From the IMG/VR virus record IMGVR_UViG_3300037484_000491, positions 1 to 64,000 of that record: 64,000 nucleotides of DNA. The stretch is one strand, 5' to 3'. The notes under the pieces are model-generated. The model was not told where the DNA came from. It searched no databases and saw only the letters and a list, made by a program, of their open reading frames with translations. The translations under genes and the position numbers were made by a program. Origin of the DNA: a virus. Shown here one piece after another: positions 1 through 8,089 of the stretch (within the stretch, counting starts at the first letter, position 1; each line of letters opens with the position of its first letter).

Positions 1-1
1 G

Positions 2-115
2 GTAAAGACTAAAGAACAACAGATAAAGGCAGCAGAAATCTCTGTAAAGCGTTTGGAAAAGGAATTTGAAGAAAGTTTCCCGGATACGTGTCCTTTATGT
101 AATAAACCTAAATAA
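2..115 (+). CDS. 3' end of a coiled-coil protein ending in a CxxC motif; candidate N-terminal half of a split SbcC/Rad50-like ATPase (5' end outside window)
   Basis: Frame 2 is open from the window edge to TAA 113-115: ...KTKEQQIKAAEISVKRLEKEFEESFPDTCPLCNKPK*. A charged helical segment is followed by C-P-L-C. Lies directly upstream of the SbcD-like gene. Confidence 0.35.
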   Translation, partial: VKTKEQQIKAAEISVKRLEKEFEESFPDTCPLCNKPK

Positions 116-303
116 ATTAAAATTATGGAAATGACATATATTTATAAAGTACAACATCTTAAAAATAATATCTATCAAGTAGTTCAAAAAATTGCAATAC
201 AAGATATAAGAAATATAGAAATTATTCAAGGGAAGATGAATAACATCTTATTTCAAGGAGAATTGCAAGAATGTGAATCATTTATAAATTTAAAAAAACA
301 AGG

Positions 304-1182
304 ATGTTTATAATGGAAAGAAGCAAACCAAATAAAACCCCTACTTGTATTTTTTGCAGTGACTTTCACCTTCGAGAGGATACACCAACCTGCTTTACCG
401 GTGATTTTCAAAAGGAGCAGTGGGATGCTTTAGATTTTATTTATGATTTGCAAACTAAATATGACTGTGAAGTTTATCATGCAGGGGATCTTTTTCATCA
501 TTGGAAACCTTCTCCTTGGTTACTTTCTATGACAATAAAACATTTACCAAAGAATTTTTTTACAATTTTTGGTCAGCATGACCTCCCTTCCCATCAGTTA
601 TCCCTTGTAGATAAATGTGGAATTCAAACACTTCATTTAGCACAAAGTCTTGTTATTCTTCCCGGATGTCATTTTGGACAAAAGCCAGAAGGATATTTGC
701 CAATAAGTGGTAAAAAAATATTGATTTGGCATCACTTAACATACCTTACTAAACCATTTCCAGGAGCAGAAGGAGGAATGGCAGAAAGTATTTTAAGGAA
801 ATATTCTCAGTTTGACCTGATTTGCACAGGGGATTGTCATCAAAGTTTTACAGTAGAATATCAGGGCAGAAGATTAATTAATCCCGGAAACATTACAAGA
901 CAGAGTGCTGCACAGATAGATTTTCAACCACGAATTGCTTTATGGTATGCAGAAGACAACTCTATTGAATGGGTTAATTTGCCTATACAGGAAGGAGCCA
1001 TTACCAGGGAGCATATAGAAATTAAGGAAAAGAGAGATTACCGAATACAAGCCTTTGTAAGTCAGTTAAACAGTGATTATAAAACAGAGATGTCCTTCGA
1101 GGATAATATAGAGGAGTTTTTTAAAGTTAATAATACCAGAGAACCTATTAAACAAATCATTTATAAAAATTTAGAAGTATGA
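304..1182 (+). CDS. Calcineurin-like metallophosphoesterase, SbcD/Mre11-type nuclease candidate
   Basis: Ordered phosphoesterase motifs: CSDFHL (D-x-H), AGDLFHH (G-D), FGQHD (GNHD/E-like), IWHH, TGDCHQ. Flanked by SbcC-like fragments. Confidence 0.65.
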   Translation: MFIMERSKPNKTPTCIFCSDFHLREDTPTCFTGDFQKEQWDALDFIYDLQTKYDCEVYHAGDLFHHWKPSPWLLSMTIKHLPKNFFTIFGQHDLPSHQLSLVDKCGIQTLHLAQSLVILPGCHFGQKPEGYLPISGKKILIWHHLTYLTKPFPGAEGGMAESILRKYSQFDLICTGDCHQSFTVEYQGRRLINPGNITRQSAAQIDFQPRIALWYAEDNSIEWVNLPIQEGAITREHIEIKEKRDYRIQAFVSQLNSDYKTEMSFEDNIEEFFKVNNTREPIKQIIYKNLEV

Positions 1183-1382
1183 AGTCACTTAGAAAAGTAA
1201 TTGAAATTAATGTAGTAGCCTACAATTCCCCACTTAAAGAAACTGTAAAAAGCATGGATATTATTACTTTGTTACGTAATTGTCATCCTATTGACAGAAT
1301 TACTTTTGCTTATGCTTTATTAAGAGATAAAGTAATTAATAAATATGAGGCTAAAGAATTTGTAAAATTAGTAGGAGAATGA
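1179..1382 (+). CDS. hypothetical protein (67 aa)
   Basis: ORF track; ATGA start/stop overlap with the preceding gene. Confidence 0.4.
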   Translation: MKSLRKVIEINVVAYNSPLKETVKSMDIITLLRNCHPIDRITFAYALLRDKVINKYEAKEFVKLVGE

Positions 1383-1570
1383 ACATGCTTCCAATTCAAT
1401 TACTTCAGCAAGAACTCAATGTTTATAAAAAAGCATTGGAACTTTCTAAAAAGAAATTTGCAGAAAGTATAATTTCAAAAGAATTACATGAAACTCATGT
1501 AAAAAATCTTGAACCTAAAATTTCTTGTTATACACAGGCGTTAAGAATATTAACAACTTATATGGATTGA
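1379..1570 (+). CDS. hypothetical protein (63 aa)
   Basis: ORF track; ATGA overlap with the preceding gene. Confidence 0.4.
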   Translation: MNMLPIQLLQQELNVYKKALELSKKKFAESIISKELHETHVKNLEPKISCYTQALRILTTYMD

Positions 1571-1573
1571 ATT

Positions 1574-1837
1574 ATGAAACAATTAGATGAACAAGGATTA
1601 CTTGATTTGCGAGATCAGATAAGTGAAGCCAAAACTTCTGTATCAGAACTCAAAGGACATCAACAGGCTTTATTAAATCAACTCAAAACTGACTATGGTT
1701 GTAAAACTGTTGAAGAAGCTGAAAAGAAACTCAAAACAATGGGTAAAGAAATTACTGATTTGGATAATCAGATTACAGAAGGGATTGAAGAATTGGAAAA
1801 AAGTATAATAAGAAAGAGGAATGAGAATAACAATTAA
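1574..1837 (+). CDS. hypothetical coiled-coil protein (87 aa)
   Basis: ORF track; charged heptad-like sequence (LLDLRDQISEAKTSVSELKGHQQALLNQLK...). Confidence 0.4.
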   Translation: MKQLDEQGLLDLRDQISEAKTSVSELKGHQQALLNQLKTDYGCKTVEEAEKKLKTMGKEITDLDNQITEGIEELEKSIIRKRNENNN

Positions 1838-2051
1838 ATCTATTGAAGCTGAGATAATCAATGCTTCAACAAATACAGAAGACAATTTTATCATAGATTA
1901 TTGGGTTATTAAATATGAAATAATATTAGAAGAAGGACATACTATTGAAGGAACTTTAAAATGGGATGCTGTACCATATATTTACAAAATTATTAAATTT
2001 ATAAAATGGTTTTATGGCAAACGAAATACAAACACTCCGGAACCGATTTGA
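1821..2051 (+). CDS. hypothetical protein (76 aa)
   Basis: ORF track; overlaps both neighbours by 17 and 38 nt, so uncertain. Confidence 0.3.
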   Translation: MRITIKSIEAEIINASTNTEDNFIIDYWVIKYEIILEEGHTIEGTLKWDAVPYIYKIIKFIKWFYGKRNTNTPEPI

Positions 2052-2658
2052 ACAGGCTAAGGGGGAGAAACAACAGATCCAAAAGTCTTTGGAAATTGTT
2101 TTATCTGAACTAAATGACAAAAAACGATCATTAGTCAGGCATGAACAGGCAAGAGAAATTGTCAGAGAAGTAGGTTTAAAAACACAACAACAATTACAAT
2201 TTCACATATCTGATATTACTTCTCTTGCGCTTGAAGCAGTTTTTGATGATCCGTATAATTTAAAAGTTGATTTTATTCAAAGAAGAAATAAAACAGAATG
2301 TGACTTATTATTTGTCAGAGATGGGAATGAAATAGATCCGATTACAGCAAGTGGAGTGGGTGCAATAGATGTTGCAGCTTTTGCACTTAGGATTGCAAGT
2401 TGGTCTATGATGATTCCTCATACAAGAAATACTATTATATTGGATGAACCTTTTAAACATCTCAAAGGAGAAAATGCAAATCATAGAGTATTAGATATGA
2501 TAAATGAAATATCCAAAAAAATGAATATTCAAATAATTATGATTAGTGATGAGCGGATTTCAAGAGAAGATATTATTGCATCTGCTAATAAAGTATTTGA
2601 AGTAAAATTAAGAAAAGGAGTTAGTGGAATTGTTTCTTTCCCGGCACGGTTACGCTGA
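2014..2658 (+). CDS. SbcC/Rad50-like ATPase, C-terminal half (coiled coil + signature + Walker B)
   Basis: N-terminal ~70 aa are helical and charged. These are followed by ASGVGAIDVAAFALRIAS (signature-like), IILDEPF (Walker B) and IMISDE (H-loop region). No P-loop is present in this ORF. Confidence 0.6.
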   Translation: MANEIQTLRNRFEQAKGEKQQIQKSLEIVLSELNDKKRSLVRHEQAREIVREVGLKTQQQLQFHISDITSLALEAVFDDPYNLKVDFIQRRNKTECDLLFVRDGNEIDPITASGVGAIDVAAFALRIASWSMMIPHTRNTIILDEPFKHLKGENANHRVLDMINEISKKMNIQIIMISDERISREDIIASANKVFEVKLRKGVSGIVSFPARLR

Positions 2659-2739
2659 AGATATTTGGTATAACTGGAAACTAAAGAAAATTAAGGAAGT
2701 TTTACACCAAAATTGAGTAATAACAGTAATTAAATAACT

Positions 2740-3114
2740 ATGAGAATACAAGAATTAAGAATCGGAAATTATGTATCAAATCAAGACGGAACACTAAATA
2801 ATGTTCATACCGGAAATCCTCATAAATTTACTATTGATGATTTTAAATGGGTTGATTTATATATACCAATTCCTCTGACTGAAGAGTGGCTTTTGAAGTT
2901 TGGTTTTGAGAAAGATGATTCAGGAGTTGAGATAGATCATCCTGATTATTGCGAATGGTATCAAAAAAACTTTCCTATTATTGGTGAATTGTGCCAAAGT
3001 TCTGATAAGACATATTTATTTGACATAGAAACAGATACCTTGAGAATAAAATATGTTCATAGTTTGCAAAATCTATATTTTGCCCTTTGCGAGAAGGAGT
3101 TAATCATTAAATAA
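2740..3114 (+). CDS. hypothetical protein (124 aa)
   Basis: ORF track; no competing ORF. Confidence 0.5.
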   Translation: MRIQELRIGNYVSNQDGTLNNVHTGNPHKFTIDDFKWVDLYIPIPLTEEWLLKFGFEKDDSGVEIDHPDYCEWYQKNFPIIGELCQSSDKTYLFDIETDTLRIKYVHSLQNLYFALCEKELIIK

Positions 3115-3228
3115 CCCAAAATGGAGAAATACATAAAAGTTTTTATTAAGTCGGAAGCCACACGAAAACCTTTGTATGGAATTAGAACAAATAAAGAAAC
3201 TTAATTAACTAATTAAATAATAAAAAAC

Positions 3229-3414
3229 ATGGAAACTTTAAAAATTACCAAACAGGACTTAAATGCCAATAATGAAAACAATAGAAATGAATATATTGGC
3301 AAGACAGATGTTACTAATTTTGATGGGAACATTGAAATTGATGAATCATTAGCAGGATCGGGAATTGAAGCAGTAGAGGGAATAAGGACGGCAGATGAAA
3401 TACTCGCAAGATAA
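3229..3414 (+). CDS. hypothetical acidic protein (61 aa)
   Basis: ORF track; an antisense ORF 3213-3446 also exists, and the plus strand was chosen from operon direction. Confidence 0.3.
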   Translation: METLKITKQDLNANNENNRNEYIGKTDVTNFDGNIEIDESLAGSGIEAVEGIRTADEILAR

Positions 3415-3602
3415 TTATGGTATACTTCAAAATCAACTGTAAACAATCAGTTTAATGGTGATAATGATAAAGAAGTTGATATATGGAGTGATATTTTAGA
3501 AGCCATGCACAACTATCACGCTCAATTCTCTTTTACACGGCAGGAGAGTAAGCCTGTGAGTAATGAGAATGTCACGCTTTGAGATTTAATAATAAAAACG
3601 AC

Positions 3603-3902
3603 ATGAAAAAGTTAATGAATTTAAAGCCAAAACGAAGAGCTTTGCATATTGCTAACGCAAGTCAACGTGCTTTTTTATCACAAGTATTTTTTGAAAACTT
3701 TCTACGAAAAAACTCAGAGGGCGGAAATGATTTCAGATTGGTTATTAGTAAGAACTATACTGATGGGACACTCGAATTTTATTGTCATCCATTTGGGAGG
3801 GATGGTGAAACGTTTGATGGCTATGTTAAAGGAACTGAAGTATATCCTAAGACAGCTATTGATAATTTAATGAAATATTTAAATGAAACCCCTTGTAAAT
3901 AA
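3603..3902 (+). CDS. hypothetical protein
   Basis: The ORF track entry 3579-3902 begins at TTG. The first ATG (MKKLMNLKP...) is at 3603. Confidence 0.4.
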   Translation: MKKLMNLKPKRRALHIANASQRAFLSQVFFENFLRKNSEGGNDFRLVISKNYTDGTLEFYCHPFGRDGETFDGYVKGTEVYPKTAIDNLMKYLNETPCK

Positions 3903-3966
3903 AGGCACTCAGGGATAACAAGATTAAATAACTAATTTAAGAATTTAAACTAAAAATTAAATAATT

Positions 3967-4173
3967 ATGAAAAAAGACAAACCTGTCAGTAAAGTAACTA
4001 TAACAAATTTAGATAATGCTTTAAGAATGTGTGGTATTGAAATCAACAAGTTGATAATTGATAAAATAATTGATTTGGTTGAACTGATTGAGGAGAAAGG
4101 TAATTTAACATCTATTCAAGATGTTTGTAAATTACAAGAAGAATGGGAACGGTTAAGGCAAATTAAAGGATAA
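3967..4173 (+). CDS. hypothetical protein (68 aa)
   Basis: ORF track. Confidence 0.4.
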   Translation: MKKDKPVSKVTITNLDNALRMCGIEINKLIIDKIIDLVELIEEKGNLTSIQDVCKLQEEWERLRQIKG

Positions 4174-4177
4174 TACT

Positions 4178-4459
4178 ATGGCAAAAACAGATGAACTTAT
4201 AAGTAAACTGGAAGAGTATTTACAGTACATTTTAAAATATGCTTGTGTAACTGATTCCGACAAGTCAATAAGAATGACTAACTTCGAGAATGAAATATCT
4301 CAGTTGAAAGAACAGATTAAAAAGGAAGAAACTCTGATGGAGCAAATAAGAGAAGTTTTTGAACCGATTCAGTTAGGTGAAAATTCAATTGTAAACGCAG
4401 CAATGGATTTGGCAAGTAAAAAATCCGGTAAAAAAGAAAAAACAATTAATCCGACGTAA
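4178..4459 (+). CDS. hypothetical coiled-coil protein (93 aa)
   Basis: ORF track. Confidence 0.4.
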   Translation: MAKTDELISKLEEYLQYILKYACVTDSDKSIRMTNFENEISQLKEQIKKEETLMEQIREVFEPIQLGENSIVNAAMDLASKKSGKKEKTINPT

Positions 4460-4522
4460 TGCCTAATATTTGCTGCGGGAAGTACGAAGAAGAACAATCT
4501 AAATAAATTAAATAAATAGTCA

Positions 4523-5098
4523 ATGAAAACAAAAATCACATTTAGAGATTTAGTAAAGATGTCGCCTTGTTATCATCCGAATGACATAGGTATAAAAAAC
4601 GGATATTCCGCTTCTATTCCTGACTTTATAAAAAAATATCGGGATAAAGTAAAAATGAAAGAAGATATTATTTGGGTTCTTTGTAGAAATGACTATATGA
4701 CAGATAAGAATATAAGGCTATTTGCTGTGTGGTGTGCACGAGAGGCACTGAAATTAGATGATAAACCCGATGCAAGAAGTATTGAGGCTTGTAATGTGTC
4801 TGAAAAATTTGCTAATGAACAGGCTACTCAAAAGGATCTGGCTGCTGCTAGGGCTGCTGCTTGGGATGCTGTTTGGGATGCTGCTTGGGATGCTGTTTGG
4901 GATGCTGCTTGGGATGCTGCTTGGGATGCTGCTAGGGCTGCTGCTTGGGATGCTGCTGCTTGGGCTGCTTGGGATGCTGCTTGGGCTGCTGCTAGGGATG
5001 CTGCTTGGGCTGCTGCTTGGGCTGCTAGGGATGCTGCTAGGGATGCTGTTTGGGCTAGGGATGCTCAAATAGATAAATTACTAACTTATTTTGAATAG
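4523..5098 (+). CDS. repeat protein: ~105-aa N-terminal domain followed by A-A-W/R-D tetrapeptide repeats
   Basis: Translation shows ...AAARAAAWDAVWDAAWDAVWDAAWDAAWDAARAAAWDAAAWAAWDAAWAAARDAAWAAAWAARDAARDAVWARDA... From memory it resembles Ala/Trp/Arg-repeat 'Imm5-like' proteins; not verified. Confidence 0.6.
   Translation: MKTKITFRDLVKMSPCYHPNDIGIKNGYSASIPDFIKKYRDKVKMKEDIIWVLCRNDYMTDKNIRLFAVWCAREALKLDDKPDARSIEACNVSEKFANEQATQKDLAAARAAAWDAVWDAAWDAVWDAAWDAAWDAARAAAWDAAAWAAWDAAWAAARDAAWAAAWAARDAARDAVWARDAQIDKLLTYFE
4841..5065. repeat. 12-nt periodic tandem repeat (GCT GCT TGG GAT and variants) inside CDS 4523-5098
   Basis: Direct reading. Every Ala codon in the tract is GCT, so synonymous sites are not diverged. 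Confidence 0.9.
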
Positions 5099-5286
5099 TT
5101 ATGGAACGAAATAAACTGATTATTGAAAAACAAAGAGAACCGGTTGTAAAAATTATAAAAGGTGAAGTACTTTTTTATTACGAGATCTGAGTTAATGAAC
5201 TGAAGACTTATTTAGAATCATTCGTCACTAAAAAACATACATTCATCAAAATAATATTAAAATGACTAAAATAAGTGACTATTTAT

Positions 5287-5332
5287 TTGGCAGATTAAAA
5301 TATAGTGCTTATATTTACTAAGTAATCAAAAA
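5287..5332 (+). repeat. 46-nt dispersed repeat, copy A (partner 43928-43973, 2 mismatches)
   Basis: ttgg[c/t]agattaaaatatagtgcttat[a/c]tttactaagtaatcaaaaa is present at both sites. Each copy covers the end of a small ORF (...GRLKYSAY[I/L]Y*). Confidence 0.85.
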
Positions 5333-5515
5333 GATAAGGCAATGAAAAGTAAGTTAAAAATAATGAATATAGAGTATTGGTTTGATGGAATGACCTCATG
5401 TTATAAAGTTGAAAGGAAAGATTTTTACAATAGTTACCTCAGCTGTTTTTCCAAATTTATGATTTTATTTTTTGAAGATGGAACAACAAAAATAATAAAC
5501 AAATAAATTAATAAC

Positions 5516-5734
5516 ATGAAAAAATCAATTCAAGAGGCCCGGCAACAAATCGGGTTGCAATTAATCGAAGTGATGAAAGAAAGAGGTATGAACCGCAGCG
5601 AGCTTGCATCACGCTCAGGTATCACGAGGGAGCAACTTAAATGGGTACTGTCTGGCGAAAGAGAGATCACTATGACAACCTTTTTAAAGATAGTTGAAGT
5701 CTTGGGTTTTTTGGATAAATTTTGTCCAAAATAA
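5516..5734 (+). CDS. XRE-family helix-turn-helix transcriptional regulator
   Basis: MNRSELASRSGITREQLKWVLSGEREITMTTFLKIVEVLG is a typical HTH_3/XRE pattern in a 72-aa protein. Confidence 0.7.
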   Translation: MKKSIQEARQQIGLQLIEVMKERGMNRSELASRSGITREQLKWVLSGEREITMTTFLKIVEVLGFLDKFCPK

Positions 5735-5798
5735 CAATACATGACAAAAGTCATGATTTGTAATAAATCTCTCTTGTACTTTTACAGAAAAACAAGAG

Positions 5799-5990
5799 AT
5801 GCTAATTTTGATAATCGAATCTGACGAGTATAAATTACATGGCAGTTACAAAAAACAAAAGGAATTGATTTATGAGCTTCTCAGCCGATATTCTGATGAA
5901 ACAATAGTGACCATTACTGATGAGGACGGCATCGAGCTTGAAAAAACACAACTGCAAGATTTATTTGGGGAAATGAAATATATAAACTAA
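5799..5990 (+). CDS. hypothetical protein (63 aa)
   Basis: ORF track. Confidence 0.35.
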   Translation: MLILIIESDEYKLHGSYKKQKELIYELLSRYSDETIVTITDEDGIELEKTQLQDLFGEMKYIN

Positions 5991-6038
5991 AAACTATGAA
6001 ACCACTTAAAAATGTATTACAAAAATATCAGGTAAAAA

Positions 6039-6374
6039 GTGAAACAGGAAATAGTAATAAATAAAATCTTGCGGGATCTGAAATTTATGGGTTTAGTATC
6101 AGAAAATATTGATGGAGAATTTAAAGTATATCTAAATGCTCTGTGGGTTGCTGGATGGGAACAGGCTAGAAAAGAATTTGCTGAAAGAACAAATAAGTCA
6201 GTTTATCAATATGATATAAACAATATATTTCTAAAAGAATATAAAAGTATTCAGAATGCAGCAGATCAATTGAAAGTACATAGAGAAACTATTGCAAGAG
6301 CAATTAAAACAAAAAAACTTACGGCAAAAAACCATTTATGGAAATTTAAATCTATTTTAAAACAGCAATCTTAA
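6039..6374 (+). CDS. putative DNA-binding protein (C-terminal HTH)
   Basis: C-terminal SIQNAADQLKVHRETIARAIKTKKL resembles the small HTH modules of homing-endonuclease/IENR-type proteins. The ORF starts at GTG, so the start is uncertain. Confidence 0.4.
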   Translation: MKQEIVINKILRDLKFMGLVSENIDGEFKVYLNALWVAGWEQARKEFAERTNKSVYQYDINNIFLKEYKSIQNAADQLKVHRETIARAIKTKKLTAKNHLWKFKSILKQQS

Positions 6375-6506
6375 ATTATTTTAATTATTTGAAAATTCAA
6401 ATTGCTTATTTTTTCTTTTTGCCCACAATTTTTTTAAAGATTCACTTATTTTATTTTTGATTGAATTTGATATATACCAGATATTATCATTCAATAAAGA
6501 TACAAA

Positions 6507-7229
6507 TTATTTCTTAACTATTTGATGAATTGTTTCAAATATTATTGCTCCTGAAAACAAATGAAACCATGTTTTGTTATAAAACTTATCAGGTTCTTTT
6601 ACAATCAAAACATCCATGTTATTAATTTTTATATATGGGTTTTCAGTTATAAAGATCCCTTTTGGTGTGGTCTTTAAAAATCCTGATTTAACGTATCCTA
6701 TTGAGATATTTCCAATGAAAGGAACTGATAAATAATACCACGCCTTCCTGTTAATATCCATCCCAGTATTAAGAGAAACATATTTTTCATTCAATTTAAG
6801 CAAGTCAAACGGAATCCTGACGTAATCATGTGTAATCCCTGAAGTGTCTTTAACAGTAATAAAAATTGTATTAGGAGGTAATTTTAACAGAGAGTCTTGC
6901 TTGTGTATAATTCCTGATAATTCAGCATTGGTAATTAAATTTTTTACGTGTAGTTTTTTCAATAAATCTTCTCTTATAATTCCAGCTTTAATGCTTTCTT
7001 CTTGCCCTAAAATTATTGCATTTTTTTCCCATATAGAATTTTTCAACCCTTCAATAGTAACTTCTAATTGTTTTACAGAATCACGAGCTGCAATAAGATT
7101 GTTTATCCCCTGCTTTTGTTCTTTCTGTCTATTACATTTACTAATAACAGACACAAGCAAAACAAATACAACAAATAAAATAAGATATTTGATATTTGCT
7201 TTTAACCAAAGTAATAATTTAGCTTTCAT
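6507..7229 (-). CDS. membrane-anchored protein at the end of the late operon (lysis-cassette member, function unknown)
   Basis: N-terminal TM segment (YLILFVVFVLLVSVI); 4-nt overlap with the holin-like ORF. Confidence 0.4.
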   Translation of the reverse strand: MKAKLLLWLKANIKYLILFVVFVLLVSVISKCNRQKEQKQGINNLIAARDSVKQLEVTIEGLKNSIWEKNAIILGQEESIKAGIIREDLLKKLHVKNLITNAELSGIIHKQDSLLKLPPNTIFITVKDTSGITHDYVRIPFDLLKLNEKYVSLNTGMDINRKAWYYLSVPFIGNISIGYVKSGFLKTTPKGIFITENPYIKINNMDVLIVKEPDKFYNKTWFHLFSGAIIFETIHQIVKK

Positions 7230-7438
7230 TTTATTTCAGAGGTGAACTTGGTTAATCCTTTCAACGTGATTGTAACCATTGTAATTGCAAATGGTAACCA
7301 TATTTTCAGGTTTTCACTGAATGGTGCTGCTTGAATAGTAATCAGATAAAGAGGCAATGAATACAAAAAGAAATCAGCCACACCCTTCCATTTTTTGTTT
7401 GAAGGTTTGTTAATGTTTGAAAATTTAAGTGCTTCCAT
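7226..7438 (-). CDS. holin-like small membrane protein (two predicted TM helices)
   Basis: 70 aa with hydrophobic segments ADFFLYSLPLYLITIQAAP and IWLPFAITMVTITL; adjacent to a candidate wall enzyme. Confidence 0.35.
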   Translation of the reverse strand: MEALKFSNINKPSNKKWKGVADFFLYSLPLYLITIQAAPFSENLKIWLPFAITMVTITLKGLTKFTSEIK

Positions 7439-7442
7439 AATT

Positions 7443-7895
7443 TTACTGTTTAATAGTTAAATACAATACATTTTTTGCTTCATATATTTCTGTAATCTTG
7501 TTTATAATTACTGCTTCCCAATATTTTCCATTTATCAAACCGCCTTTTACTTTGTTTTCACCCAAACAAATACACCCTTCTGTCCAATTTTCATTTAAAC
7601 CATAGTGCATCCTTATTCCTGAATATCCCGGAACATCTAATAATAACGGGAGAACTCTTTTAAGTTTTGGAGAATAGTTTAAAATAACTTTATACCTCCC
7701 ATAAGGAATTGCAGTTTTCCCATAAATTTTACCTTCACCAGGATCATCAAAATCCCCATCATGGTTTATGTCCTGCAAATCCCTCACTTTATCTTCAAGT
7801 GTACCCGTAATAATTTTCTGATCTTCTAATAATTTCCCAATAGTATAATTTTCATTAAAATACTTTCTTATTAAAAACCATTCTATCGTTTTCAT
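7443..7895 (-). CDS. DUF5675-like protein, candidate cell-wall-acting enzyme
   Basis: GKTAIPYGRYKV...LPLLLDVPGYSGIRMHYGLNENWTEGCICLG matches my recollection of the DUF5675 pattern (IH-x-GN...T-x-GCI-x-G). The role is inferred from context only. Confidence 0.4.
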   Translation of the reverse strand: MKTIEWFLIRKYFNENYTIGKLLEDQKIITGTLEDKVRDLQDINHDGDFDDPGEGKIYGKTAIPYGRYKVILNYSPKLKRVLPLLLDVPGYSGIRMHYGLNENWTEGCICLGENKVKGGLINGKYWEAVIINKITEIYEAKNVLYLTIKQ

Positions 7896-7900
7896 TTTAA

Positions 7901-8089
7901 TTAAGTATTATAAATCCATTTAGAATACATTTTATTTAATCTGTCTGCCATAAAATCTTTCCCTGTCCAAATCCAATAAAAACAATTGGGTAAAAATAAA
8001 ACTATCAAGTTTAACAAAACCAAAATAACAAATACAATTCGTTTTAATATTTTCATATATATATATATCACGATTCTAATAAATACCAT
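7901..8089 (-). CDS. small hydrophobic protein (62 aa)
   Basis: ORF track; TM-like IVFVILVLLNLIVLFL. Confidence 0.3.
   Translation of the reverse strand: MVFIRIVIYIYMKILKRIVFVILVLLNLIVLFLPNCFYWIWTGKDFMADRLNKMYSKWIYNT

Noticed and set aside
1180-1182. Genome-wide TGA reassignment (code 4/25) suggested by the in-frame TGA at 51436
   Set aside because: Many genes end at TGA in tidy ATGA overlaps (for example 1179-1182, 1379-1382, 44686-44689, 45009-45012, 15946-15949). TGA therefore functions as a stop in this genome.
4754-5072. ORFs 4754-5068 (-) and 4758-5072 (+) overlapping the AAWD repeat
   Set aside because: They are alternative-frame and antisense readings of a 12-nt periodic tract (poly-PSS, poly-LLG). 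Any frame of such a repeat stays open. Only the 4523-5098 frame has a non-repetitive N-terminal domain and fits the operon.
5516-5734. XRE regulator as evidence for a lysogeny module
   Set aside because: No integrase, excisionase, or divergent cI/cro pair is visible in the window. A single small HTH protein is insufficient.
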